Part shown: positions 40,876 to 51,295 of the stretch, in pieces
Layout: each line of letters opens with the position of its first letter
Numbering within the stretch: the first letter of the stretch is position 1
Source: Candidatus Bathyarchaeota archaeon
GTDB taxonomy: Archaea > Thermoproteota > Bathyarchaeia > Bathyarchaeales > Bathycorpusculaceae
Direction: 5' to 3'
Length of the DNA stretch: 64,000 nucleotides
Assembly (NCBI GenBank): GCA_963720565.1
Contig: CAVRFW010000008.1
Coordinates: 32,001 to 96,000 of the forward strand
The notes under the pieces: generated by a model
The model's database searches: none
The model's input: only the letters and a program-made list of their open reading frames with translations
Told to the model about the DNA's origin: nothing
Program-made: the position numbers and the translations under genes

Positions 40876-41784
40876 TTAGAGGAAGTTTTTGAAGATTGGA
40901 TGTGTCTCGTCGAGCGGTCTAATATCTAGGTCAGCCATCGCAGATGCAATGTAAGTATCGACTATGGCTACTGCGGGGAAGACCCATTCAGCTTGCTCAG
41001 CGGGTCCGAACATAAGCCAGTTTGCACCTACTGTCTGCATAATCGCGTTTGTGGCAGTAACAGGACCTTTCCTATACTCTTTCGCTACGTTTGCCTTAAC
41101 CCAGCCCATCGTTGTAACGACGTTTCCAGTTCCGAGTCCCGTTGGATGACCAAACCTCTCTTTTATCAGAGGAATAGCTCTGACCGCTGTGCCCATATCT
41201 GGCGCAAATGCCGGAATGGCAGTGTCAATTAATGGTTTGGTAATTCCTGCTTTGTCGGCTAGAGCCAATGCTTCCTGCAGAATTGCAAATTTGCCTTCTA
41301 AGCTGTTGTCTCTCGGGTTGTCGGCAAGAACTATGGACATTTTAATTCCGCTATCTTTCAGTTTTGCCAGCTCAATATCTGTGACGCCTTTGTAGACCGA
41401 GTTGTACAAGCATCTGTCCTGCAGACCCATGTCCTTTGCAAGAGCTGAAGCAGCCATTCGGACTTTGGGACTCATCGCGTCCAGCATTAGTGGAGCGTCG
41501 CTGTGCTTAGCACAGAAATCGATGTATTTTCCAAAAGCCTCTTCGGTGGTTCCGACAATGTCGAAACCGAATGGAACACCACTAATGTCGCTCTGAATCT
41601 GCATTCGGTTAATTATGTCTTCAGCTTGCTGTGCATCAAAAATGCCTTTGTTGGCATCTTGCACCATTTTCTGACCGAGCCAAAAGATAGAGCCGATAAG
41701 AAATGTAGGCAATTCTCCAGGCTGACCGCCAACTTTTACTTTTCCCACATCATAGATGTTTTGTTTCGTGTTGAACTTATTCAT
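40876..41784 (-). CDS. mtrH: MtrH-family pterin:corrinoid methyltransferase
   Basis: VGGQPGELPTFLIGSIF, GIFD, YNS, KPLIDTA, GANWLMFGP. Confidence 0.9.
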   Translation of the reverse strand: MNKFNTKQNIYDVGKVKVGGQPGELPTFLIGSIFWLGQKMVQDANKGIFDAQQAEDIINRMQIQSDISGVPFGFDIVGTTEEAFGKYIDFCAKHSDAPLMLDAMSPKVRMAASALAKDMGLQDRCLYNSVYKGVTDIELAKLKDSGIKMSIVLADNPRDNSLEGKFAILQEALALADKAGITKPLIDTAIPAFAPDMGTAVRAIPLIKERFGHPTGLGTGNVVTTMGWVKANVAKEYRKGPVTATNAIMQTVGANWLMFGPAEQAEWVFPAVAIVDTYIASAMADLDIRPLDETHPIFKNFL

Positions 41785-41804
41785 CTTGCCTCATCTGAAC
41801 GAGT

Positions 41805-42239
41805 TTATTTTTTCTTTCCGGCCATTGCTTTCTTGGCGATTTCAACGCCTTCTTCCTTGTTTTTGCCGAAAAGTGCCCCCATTGCAGTTGCATCTTCCTT
41901 CTTGATTGCAGCGCCGCCCATGATAAGCATAACTTTGTCTTTGAGTCCAGCTGCTTTTAGTGCTTCATCTAGTTTTGCCAAATTGTTCTTTGCCGGTACT
42001 GTGTTTACGGAGAGTGCGATTATGTCAGCGTTTGTTTCTTTTGCTTTGTCAATGAAGACTTGTGGAGCAACACTTTTGCCGACGTCAATAGTCTTGAATC
42101 CCGCTCTTTTTAGTGATCTGCGGACTGCTTCTTTTGCTGTGTCGTGCATGTCTGGTTCGATGTTTCCGATGACAACTGTGCCGATTGGGTTTTCTGGTTC
42201 AGGAGGTTCTTTTTCCATCATAGATTTAAGCCATGACAT
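41805..42239 (-). CDS. Stand-alone cobalamin-binding (corrinoid) protein
   Basis: DMHDTAK (DxHxxG variant), ADIIALS, MGGAA. Confidence 0.88.
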   Translation of the reverse strand: MSWLKSMMEKEPPEPENPIGTVVIGNIEPDMHDTAKEAVRRSLKRAGFKTIDVGKSVAPQVFIDKAKETNADIIALSVNTVPAKNNLAKLDEALKAAGLKDKVMLIMGGAAIKKEDATAMGALFGKNKEEGVEIAKKAMAGKKK

Positions 42240-42365
42240 TTAAACACCACTTTTCCTTGGTTTTTTATACCCTCGCTTTTTATACTCGAATAATGTATTT
42301 AAACTTTGACTCTGAAACGTCCCCATCCATTCAATAACAAAAATGATGATTCGGGAAGACGAGAA

Positions 42366-44694
42366 ATGTCCAAAACGTCGCGTCACTACCTTTTACTGTT
42401 TCTGATTTTTGCATTCTCATTTAGCTATCGCATGCTTCTCATGCACTGGGAAACATACCCGCCCGGAGCAGACATCGGTCTTCACGAAAGTGTAATCTAC
42501 TCGATAATTGGGTCAGGAAATACGAATTTTGCATATAATAACTACCAGATGGGAGGAGGGTTGTCTCTAACCTTCCCAGGATTTCACATATTCGTTTCAT
42601 ACGTGATGATGATGACGGGTATGCCTGACTACTTGGCACTCTCAACAGTTGTTTCATTCTTCTCTTCGTTTATCGTCCTGTGCGCATACCTAATTGCACG
42701 AGTCTTTCAAGGAGAAGCAGCTGCATTAACGGTGGCTTTCCTAGCAGCGATTTCACGCTTTGATATAGAAATGCTGCTTTGGGGCGGTTTCCCCAACGTG
42801 GTAACGCTCATGCTTATGCCCTTAGCGTTCTATCTGTTTATGCAAAGAGAAAGATTCTCCCTAGCTGCCTTTTCTTGTAGCAACCACAATATTGTCAGGA
42901 TCAATCTTTCTGACCCACTCTATTAGCGCAGTTCTCTTCGTTTTGATAACAATTCTCACCGCAGCGTTAGCGACTATTTTTTCGAGACAAGTCGGCGTTT
43001 CAAGAACACATGCTCTATCCTGGGTTTTGCCTCTTTTTCTGGGGGCCCTCATTGTTTTGCCATTCTTGACAGAGGCTGCTGGAGCATATCTGACTAATGC
43101 CAGTCAGCTTAAAGTTGTCATGAGCGACATTCAAGATGCGCTTCTCTCAACGAGAATTCTGCCTCTAGAGTACGTATTGCCTAGTTTCATCTGTATTCCC
43201 CTGTTCTTTCTTTTCTCAAGAGAATACAAAAAGCGGTTTTTCACAGTGCCTTCTTTGCTTCTTGCAGTCTGGGTAGCAGTACCGCTTCTTCTCACCCAAG
43301 GATACATTGTGGGATTCTACACAGATTACAACAGATTTCTGTATTACGTTATTCTCCCAGCCGTGATTCTAATCGCTATGGCAATCGATCACGGTTCCAG
43401 CTTTTTTGCTGAAATGGTAGACATCTATTTGTCCGTGAAAAAGCGAGTAACTACTGCAATAAGCAGCAGCGAATACACTTGTTGGTTAATGCCTTCTCGG
43501 TCACGCAAAACCCTCTATGCATGTTTCTCTTTGGTTCTACTTATCTTAGCATTCTTCGCTGTGCCCATCTTCTTGACCCCCGTTCAAGGGGTAACTATCC
43601 AGAGCTTTTACCAAACTATGAATAGTCCAGAGTATGAAGCCATTGAATGGGCGCGAAAGAACACCGCAACTGATTCGATTTTTGTTTCCGACGCGCTTTA
43701 CGGGTGGTGGTTCTCAGGCTTCGCACAGCGGTCCGTAATAAGCGCCGTTGACCCCCAGTATCTAGCGCTTGCACGCGAGGTTGGACCCGCAGAGTTTGCC
43801 AAGAATTTGCTCGACACAGACTATGTTATAGATAACGGATTGATTCAAGTCCGAGAAGACGGGGGATATATTGGAAGACATAACCCTATGTTTTTGACCA
43901 AGCTTAACTGGACTTATTTTCCTTACGCTTTCCTAAATTTCAACAACGCTGAAACACAAATAACATATCAAGTAAACGGGAATCCTCAGTCTATATGTTT
44001 AGATCAGGTTCCAGTGCGCGAGATGTGGATTGAAAACGACAGCAAACAAGCGACCATTGTTGTAAAAAAGGGAAATGATTTCGTCAATTATACTCAGCTA
44101 GTGTCAATTTACCAAGGACTTAATTTTGTAAACATGTCAATTTCGTTGGAAAGTCAATTAGACTATGTTAGCCTAAATCGGATCGATTTCACGATACACA
44201 GCAAAGGCAGAGTTGTCGGCGAGATAGAATGCAAGACTGTTGGTTTGTTGGATGAAGGCGTGAAGGCATTTAGCCAGTTGATTTTCGATAAGAGACTGCC
44301 TAATAGAGTTGACTGGGATAACGAAGAAAGCCCTGGCATAATAGAACTAGAGTACTACTTGGAAAAATCATCTAAGTCAGAAATCCAGATTTCAGTAGGA
44401 ACCTACTCGGTTACAGATGATTTGAAGTATTACCTAGACAAAGAGATAACAGAGGAATACTTCAGAGAAATAATCAAGAGTAATTTAGATTCGCCTAGAA
44501 AGGGTGGAAACCTCACTATTGCAGCCTTTGACTACAGAAGCGCTATGAAAAACAACTCAGTCACCTATGTTGCGCTTCGCGATTTCGATTTAATCCCCAA
44601 GTTTGTCAAGGATCCGGTTTTTGGTTTGGTCTTTATTAATGATTATGTTGCAATATTTGCTGTGAAAGAAGCTCGACTAAGTGGTGCAGAATAG
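42366..44694 (+). CDS. Large polytopic membrane protein, GT-C-like, with an apparent +1 frameshift near 42865
   Basis: PPGADIGLH loop, many TM helices, soluble C-terminal domain; ORFs 42306-42926 and 42892-44694 join (FSL|PFLVATTILSGSIFLTH) and align with the downstream paralog. Confidence 0.7.
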
Positions 44695-44696
44695 TC

Positions 44697-46997
44697 GTGT
44701 TGCAATTGCCTCCTTTGAAGGAGAAAACTGTTGAGATTGCGTTTGCAGCTGTTTTTTCAGCGGTGATTATGGTTGTTTTCTACGCGCTTATTTCGATGAA
44801 TGGGTTGGTTTTGGGTAATGATCCGGCTGTTCATTTGGAGAAGGCGCAGATTTTCTTGCAAACGGGCAAAATACCGTTGGAGAACTTGGGTTGGACTCCG
44901 CCTCTCTTCCAGCTTTTGCTGGCTGCCTTGATTTCTTTGACGGGAGCTAGTAGTCTTGAGCAGTTGATTTTTTTGGAAAAAACGTTGGCCGTACTCGTTG
45001 ATTGGTTGTTGTTCTTCTCTGTCTACTTGATTGGTACCAAGTTCTTCGGTAAGAAAGTCGGCGGGATTGCTGCGGTGCTGTTGCTCTTTTGTTTTCCAAT
45101 GTTCGAGATGAACCTATGGGGGGGTTACACCAGTGTGCTCGGGTTAGCGTTTATGTTTTTGTTGTTCCTGTATTTACCCTTAGCAGTCAAGGATTTCGGA
45201 CACGTTGTAGTTGCTTTTTTGGTAGCGTTTTCTCTGGTTTTGTCCCATCAACTCGCCATGTTTCTGACGGTGCTGATATTGCCCCCTATCCTTCTGTACA
45301 TGCTAATGAAGTTCAGAGGTAGGCAGCTTAAGGCTTTAATCGCGGTGGTGCTGGGCGGAGGAATCGCTTTTTTCCTCTACTATTTTCAGGCAATGATACC
45401 TTACCTGGGCGTTCTCATTGAGCATGTTTTCTTCATGCAGAAAACGACACTCTACCAGATTCCGGCGACAACGCTAAATGCTTTCATGGTAAATTTCGGT
45501 TTCGTGTTCATAACTTCTATATTCGGCATCTTCATCGCGTTCTTCAACTTGAGGGCAAGAAAAGAGCCTCTGCTGTTTATCATCCTGCTAGTGAGTTTTG
45601 TTGTTCCTTTAGTTTTGGCGGAGTCTCATTTGTTTGGGTTATATTTGCCTTTTCACTGGTTTGTTTACTACCTCATGCCGGGAATGGTGATTCTCGCAGC
45701 TGTTTCCTTGGATTTTGCCTTTAACAAGTTCTCAGAGTTCTATCTTAGAAACAGGAAGAAGTGGAGTAAGCTTCGGTTGAGGGCAGTAACCATCTTCTTA
45801 ATCACAATGGTCTCTCTGCTGTTTCTGGTTCGCTTTGGAACTGTCTACGGCAAGATAATGGAAGCTAGCGTGTACTATTCAACATCTGACCTGAAAGCGT
45901 ACGATGCGGGAATCTGGCTCAAAACCAATTTTCCCGGTGAAGCAACTGTTGTGGTGACAGAGGTTCCTGGGTTTTGGTTTAGGTTGTTTTCGGGCAAAAC
46001 TGTGATCGCTGCCACTGATCCAGTTGTGGAAAGAAACAAGATTGCAGAGTCAGTTCTAGACTTGTCCTACGAGCTGGATCACTCTGTAACAATGATCAGG
46101 GCTTACGAGTCAAAAGGTGACATTTCTGACGAAAACTATGTTTCAATTAATGATGTCTGGAATAGAGTTTCCTATTCGGCTGCGGACGGAGACTTCATAT
46201 CCTACAGTCAGAACGGTGTCGAAAAAGATAGGATGGCCTTGGCTACTTTTGACAGAGAGATAGTTTTTGACGATGGGAGCATGCCTAAGAAGGTTACGAT
46301 AAGCTACTCTAACGTAGATGTAACCGTGACTAAAACCATGGTTATGCAGAATGATAGTTACCCAATAAGCGTTACTTGGACGTTATCTCCTAATGCAAGC
46401 GAGATTAGGAATGTCGTCTTGAACATAACCACCTTCTTCGATCTCCACTTCTCCTTCAATAGCGCATATGTTCCAGGTGTACTGGATTGGGAGAACCCTT
46501 GGGACAGACCTTCTGACTCTCAAGGAACCGATTGGGCAGTCGTCAGTTTCACGCCATCAACCTTAACAGACAACTATTTAGGATTCTACGATGAAGAGGA
46601 GGAAGTCGCTCTTGCAGTAAAGTTCGGAGAACTTCCGGATTGGGGTAATGTGGGTGCCTTAGGTAGCAGGCAGATTGACGCGATGAGGTTCCGATACAAC
46701 TTTGACGTCATCAGTGTTGGCCAAGCTGCATCCTTCGGATACAAGATACTCACCTTTTCCAAGAGCAGCTATCCTGGGATGCAACAGTTAAGTGATCTAA
46801 AAAGCCTGCTTGACGTCAAATCTGCCACCACATTCATCATTGATAGTAGGAACTACCGAGATTACATCGAAGAAAACGACATAAAATTCATCGTTTATGA
46901 CAAGAACCAACTTGACACTAAAATAATCAACTGTAGATTATTAGAACTTGTTTACTCGAACGATAGATACGTCATCTTCAAAATAAAAGGCGACTAA
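44697..46997 (+). CDS. Large polytopic membrane protein, GT-C-like (paralog)
   Basis: LGNDPAVH, WGGY, LSHQL, a dozen or so TM helices, then an extracytoplasmic domain. Confidence 0.75.
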   Translation: MLQLPPLKEKTVEIAFAAVFSAVIMVVFYALISMNGLVLGNDPAVHLEKAQIFLQTGKIPLENLGWTPPLFQLLLAALISLTGASSLEQLIFLEKTLAVLVDWLLFFSVYLIGTKFFGKKVGGIAAVLLLFCFPMFEMNLWGGYTSVLGLAFMFLLFLYLPLAVKDFGHVVVAFLVAFSLVLSHQLAMFLTVLILPPILLYMLMKFRGRQLKALIAVVLGGGIAFFLYYFQAMIPYLGVLIEHVFFMQKTTLYQIPATTLNAFMVNFGFVFITSIFGIFIAFFNLRARKEPLLFIILLVSFVVPLVLAESHLFGLYLPFHWFVYYLMPGMVILAAVSLDFAFNKFSEFYLRNRKKWSKLRLRAVTIFLITMVSLLFLVRFGTVYGKIMEASVYYSTSDLKAYDAGIWLKTNFPGEATVVVTEVPGFWFRLFSGKTVIAATDPVVERNKIAESVLDLSYELDHSVTMIRAYESKGDISDENYVSINDVWNRVSYSAADGDFISYSQNGVEKDRMALATFDREIVFDDGSMPKKVTISYSNVDVTVTKTMVMQNDSYPISVTWTLSPNASEIRNVVLNITTFFDLHFSFNSAYVPGVLDWENPWDRPSDSQGTDWAVVSFTPSTLTDNYLGFYDEEEEVALAVKFGELPDWGNVGALGSRQIDAMRFRYNFDVISVGQAASFGYKILTFSKSSYPGMQQLSDLKSLLDVKSATTFIIDSRNYRDYIEENDIKFIVYDKNQLDTKIINCRLLELVYSNDRYVIFKIKGD

Positions 46998-47101
46998 CAG
47001 CTTGAAAACCGTTTAGACCAAGATTGCCTTCTCATTACTTGAAGCCTCAAGCTTAACGCTTACTCTTTAAGAAGAAGTAGAAAAGGGATGTTGTTGCTGG
47101 T

Positions 47102-48160
47102 TTATTCTTCTCGGAGAACTTTGGGTATGTATGCGCATGCTGGGTCGGATTCGAACAGGTCGCCAGTGTAGTACTCAGCTCGTGTTCTGCAACCGCCGCA
47201 AATTTCGCGGTACTCGCATACACCACATTTGCCCTTAATATTGCTCTTGTCTCGGAGCTTAAGATGCAAGTCGCTGTGCTGCAGTTCATCCCAGACCGTG
47301 GTTAGCTTTTTGTCTTTCAAGTTTCCTAGTCTGTAGCCTTCATGGAAACCACATGACCTATAATCACCGTTCTCTGTTACGCTCACATAGTTTCCGCCGA
47401 TTGTGCATCTGCCTAGGAAGCCATTTTGGAACCAATCCCAAAAGTCTACTGGGTTTCTTTGGCGCACGATTCGGGCGTAAAATGGCGCGTAAACGTTGAT
47501 TTTGACTTTTCCTGACAGCTTCACTTGGAGGTCGTAAATCTCGTTGAATGCCGCTTCATACTCTTCCGGTGTAGGCGCCAAATCAGGCATGTTAGAGCCA
47601 GCGCGTCCCACAGGGACCAGGTTATGGTAGACAACCATTCTTGCTTTGTATTCTTCGCCTAATGCGGCTGGGTGAGCCATGTCCTTGATGTTGTACTTGG
47701 TCATGGTCGTGACTATGCAGTCCAAGAGACCGTTCTCAGATAGTTTCTTCATGGCGTAAAGAGCTTTGTCGTAGCTTCCTTTGCGTCTGATTATGTCGTT
47801 TGAGTTTCTGTCACCATCCACGCTCACAGCAGTGTGCACTTCGTACTTTGCAAGCTTGTCAAGACGTTCTTGATCGAAGGCGAACCCGCTTGTAATGAGG
47901 CTTACTTCCATGCCGTATGTTTCCTTGGCATATTTTATTACGTCAAAAATGTCTTGTCGCACTAGAGGTTCTCCACCGCTTATTCCGAACCATGGAGAGC
48001 CGAAGTCGTGGATTTCATCAACCATTTTGTAGGCTGTTTTGGTGTCTATTTCGGTGTCTTTGGCGTATTCAGGAGTGTAACTGCAGTATAGGCAACTGCC
48101 CACACATCTTCTGGTGCACCGCCAAGTCACCATGTATAATGGTGCCTTTTTCGAAGCCAT
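47102..48160 (-). CDS. Radical SAM/SPASM protein (AhbC/AhbD/NirJ-like)
   Basis: CVGSCLYC, SGGEPL, SPASM CGVCEYREICGGCRTRA...DPAC; start set to MASKK. Confidence 0.85.
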   Translation of the reverse strand: MASKKAPLYMVTWRCTRRCVGSCLYCSYTPEYAKDTEIDTKTAYKMVDEIHDFGSPWFGISGGEPLVRQDIFDVIKYAKETYGMEVSLITSGFAFDQERLDKLAKYEVHTAVSVDGDRNSNDIIRRKGSYDKALYAMKKLSENGLLDCIVTTMTKYNIKDMAHPAALGEEYKARMVVYHNLVPVGRAGSNMPDLAPTPEEYEAAFNEIYDLQVKLSGKVKINVYAPFYARIVRQRNPVDFWDWFQNGFLGRCTIGGNYVSVTENGDYRSCGFHEGYRLGNLKDKKLTTVWDELQHSDLHLKLRDKSNIKGKCGVCEYREICGGCRTRAEYYTGDLFESDPACAYIPKVLREE

Positions 48161-48329
48161 CAATTTCACAAGCAAAGCTAGATAAAACTTCGCGATATAA
48201 AACTTGCTCCTATCAACCGAGTTTTCAAGTATCTGCGAAGGGGGACAGTGTAGGCTGCCAAACCTTGTGGGTGTTTCCAAGCAGGTGCCGTCAGCTTTGT
48301 TCTAACTGAAGCAGGAAGACGTGTCAGTT

Positions 48330-50276
48330 TTACATTCGTTCTGGGGCGACTATCCCGATTAGATTGAGTGCATTATACAGTACTGTGCGGATTGAATCAG
48401 TCAGGGCTATTCTGGCGTCGCTGAGTTCTTTCGGTTCGGCCCTAATGACTGGCAAGGCGTTATAGAAAGTGTTAAACTTGTCAGCGAGTGCATTGGCGTA
48501 GTCAGCAATTAGGTTGGGTTTTAGGTATTCCGTGGAATCTATGAATGTATCGGGGAAACTGGCTAGAGATAATACGAGTTCGCGTTCCAGTTTTTCCGTT
48601 AGGAGTTCAAAGCCTGGATTGCCGGCTTTTCTTGCTGCTTTGCGGAGGATGCTGCAGGCCCTTGCGTGGGTATATTGAACGTAGGGCGCGCTGTTGGTTT
48701 CGAAGTTTAGCACTCTGTCCCAGGTGAAAACTACAGGTTTTGAAGAGTCAACATCGACCAGGGCGTATCGTACAGCGCCAATGCCGACGAAGTTTGCGAT
48801 TTGGCGTTTTTCGTCTTCGGTTAGTTGTGGTGAGCGTTTCGAAACCTCTTCGTAAGCTCGTTGAACTGCTTCGTCTAAGACTTCGTCGAATGTGATGTAG
48901 TGTCCCCGGCGGCTGCTCATCTTGTAACCCGGTAGCGTGACTAGGTTGTATGCGAAGTGAACGAAGTTGTCTGCGTATTTGTCGTAGCCTAAGGCGTAGA
49001 GAGCTATTTTCAACTGTAATTGTGCCAACGACTGTTCCATTCCGATGACGTTTATGACTTTTTCTGCTTTTGAGAACTTCCATAAGGAATACGCAACGTC
49101 TCGAGTAGTGTAGAGTGTTGTGCCATCAGCCCGCCCCAGTGTTAAGGGGGGAATTTCGTGGTCTTCTTTTAAGCCCAGTTTGCTTTTCAGGTTTAAGGTG
49201 TGGGCTACTTTTTCAGCGTCAAACTCGAGGACGCCGCCTTCGCTGTGAACATATGGTGAGGTTTTTAGTCTTTGAAGAACCTCGCTGACTTGACCGCTCC
49301 AAACAAAATCGCTTTCCCAGTCCCATGAATCGTAGGATATTTCCACTCGCTCTTGCGTTTTCCTGAAGCCTTGGAGACATAACTCGCTGACTTCGCGGAT
49401 AACACTCTTGGCCTTTGGTTCTCCGTTTTCGTAGGCGCGGTTCAGCCGGTTGATTTCTTCCTCTGGATCTTTGTCGGCGGTGATTTTTTCAAGGAGTTTT
49501 TCGAAGAGCTCGGGGAATTTCTCCTTGAGCTCTGCTGCGATGGACATCCACTCATCAATGTCTTTGGTGATCTTGGCTATCTCGTCAGGTGATGAAGTGG
49601 TTTTGGCGAGGTTGAGTGCTTTTCTTAGGCGTTGAAGCTCCACTATGCAGCTGGTTACCGTGTAAATTTTGCCAACAAAACTGTCGCTCTTTTCATCGGG
49701 CTTGGGTTTTCCAAGCTTGATGTAGCCGTAGGCGATGACTGAGGATTGACGTCCTACGTCGTCAATGTAGTAGTGCCGAGAAACGGTATGACCTCTCTGC
49801 ATCAAAATTCGAGCTATTGCATCACCAAGCATTGGGTTTCTTGCTTGTCCTATGTGGATAGGGTGCAAGGGGTTAACGCTGGTGTGTTCAACGATTATTT
49901 TCAGGGGTTGTTTGATCTTGATGAAACCGTAAGATGAACGCAGTTTCATAATCGACTCAACGGTCAGCAAAGAAAATTTGGGAAAATTCACGTGAAAATT
50001 CAGGTATCCGCCTGCAACGGTGCAGGATTCTATTAGGCGGAATTTTTTTTTGTTAATGGACTTGACCAGGTGTGCTGCTAAATCGGCTGGTTTCTGGTTT
50101 AGTTTTTTAGCAAGTTCAAAGCACAGGGAAGAGGAGAGTTGTCCAAACTCGAGGTTTGGAGGCTTAGACAAGGGTAGTGCCTCAATTCGGATTTCAGGAA
50201 TGGTTTTCTTTAACGCTTCCGCTAGGATGAGCTGGCATTCGTTGCGGAACTGAGCGAATGGGTTTTCCGAGGTCAT
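48330..50276 (-). CDS. argS: Arginine--tRNA ligase
   Basis: EHTSVNP, HIGQARN, KMSSRRG, YVQYTHARACSIL, C-terminal ERM. Confidence 0.97.
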   Translation of the reverse strand: MTSENPFAQFRNECQLILAEALKKTIPEIRIEALPLSKPPNLEFGQLSSSLCFELAKKLNQKPADLAAHLVKSINKKKFRLIESCTVAGGYLNFHVNFPKFSLLTVESIMKLRSSYGFIKIKQPLKIIVEHTSVNPLHPIHIGQARNPMLGDAIARILMQRGHTVSRHYYIDDVGRQSSVIAYGYIKLGKPKPDEKSDSFVGKIYTVTSCIVELQRLRKALNLAKTTSSPDEIAKITKDIDEWMSIAAELKEKFPELFEKLLEKITADKDPEEEINRLNRAYENGEPKAKSVIREVSELCLQGFRKTQERVEISYDSWDWESDFVWSGQVSEVLQRLKTSPYVHSEGGVLEFDAEKVAHTLNLKSKLGLKEDHEIPPLTLGRADGTTLYTTRDVAYSLWKFSKAEKVINVIGMEQSLAQLQLKIALYALGYDKYADNFVHFAYNLVTLPGYKMSSRRGHYITFDEVLDEAVQRAYEEVSKRSPQLTEDEKRQIANFVGIGAVRYALVDVDSSKPVVFTWDRVLNFETNSAPYVQYTHARACSILRKAARKAGNPGFELLTEKLERELVLSLASFPDTFIDSTEYLKPNLIADYANALADKFNTFYNALPVIRAEPKELSDARIALTDSIRTVLYNALNLIGIVAPERM

Positions 50277-50371
50277 TGAGGGTATCTCCGTTCAGGTATT
50301 TTTGGGAGAGCGCTAAACCTTTAAGGGTAGGTTGTATTTTAATGTGAAAAACGTCGCTTATCTACATATGG

Positions 50372-51232
50372 ATGCAGCAGACAATGAGAACAAAAATAAT
50401 TTTTTCAGAAAAAAGTTTACGTTATGGTGCATGGCACATCGAAGGACCGACAAGAGTGAAGATAGCCGTCGAAACGCTGAAAGGGAAAGGATACGATTTT
50501 ACTGAACCTACCCCTGCTTGTGAAGATGATTTGCTCAGTGTGCACGATCCAGATTACATTTGGAACCTCAAAAAAGGTTTGGTGGAAGACCCGGATACTC
50601 CGGCTTACGATAATATTTACGAGTACGCTCGGCTTTCGGTGGGAGGGGCATTGCTTGCTGCAAAAATCAACGGTTTTTCGCTGATGAGACCCCCCGGTCA
50701 CCATGCTGGAAGGAACGGCGCAGCTTTGGGAGTACATACGCGTGGATTCTGCTACTTGAACAATATTGCGATAGCCGTGAGAATTCTAAACAAGAAAGCA
50801 TTGATTCTGGATGTCGATGGTCACCATGGAAACGGAACACAGGAGATTTTTCAAGGTGACAAGAAGGTAACGTACGTTTCGTTGCATCGGGTTCCGCATT
50901 ATCCTGGCACGGGTTTGCGCTCAGAAGGCAATTGCCTGAACTTTCCTTTACCCGCTGACTGTGGTGAGCCACTATACCTGAAAACCCTAGATCAAGCGTT
51001 GAAAGCGGTTGACGCAAACAAGTTTGAAATTCTAGCTGTTTCAGTTGGTTTTGACACTCACGCGGGGGACTTGGCATCGTTAGGCTTGACAGAAAACAGT
51101 TTCAATGAGATAGGAAAGAGAATCGCCTCACTTAGGAAACCTACATTCTTCATAATGGAAGGCGGATACATTGGTGAGGCAAACGGAAAAGATATTGACT
51201 GCTTTCTGAAGGGTTATGAAGGAGAATCGTAG
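50372..51232 (+). CDS. Histone deacetylase/AcuC-family deacetylase
   Basis: RPPGHHA, GFC, DVDGHHGNGTQ, GFD, EGGY. Confidence 0.93.
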   Translation: MQQTMRTKIIFSEKSLRYGAWHIEGPTRVKIAVETLKGKGYDFTEPTPACEDDLLSVHDPDYIWNLKKGLVEDPDTPAYDNIYEYARLSVGGALLAAKINGFSLMRPPGHHAGRNGAALGVHTRGFCYLNNIAIAVRILNKKALILDVDGHHGNGTQEIFQGDKKVTYVSLHRVPHYPGTGLRSEGNCLNFPLPADCGEPLYLKTLDQALKAVDANKFEILAVSVGFDTHAGDLASLGLTENSFNEIGKRIASLRKPTFFIMEGGYIGEANGKDIDCFLKGYEGES

Positions 51233-51295
51233 ATACAGGTAGCCTGCAAAAACTGTTACCCTAAAGATTCTGGTTTGAAGCAGGTTTGAAAAGAG

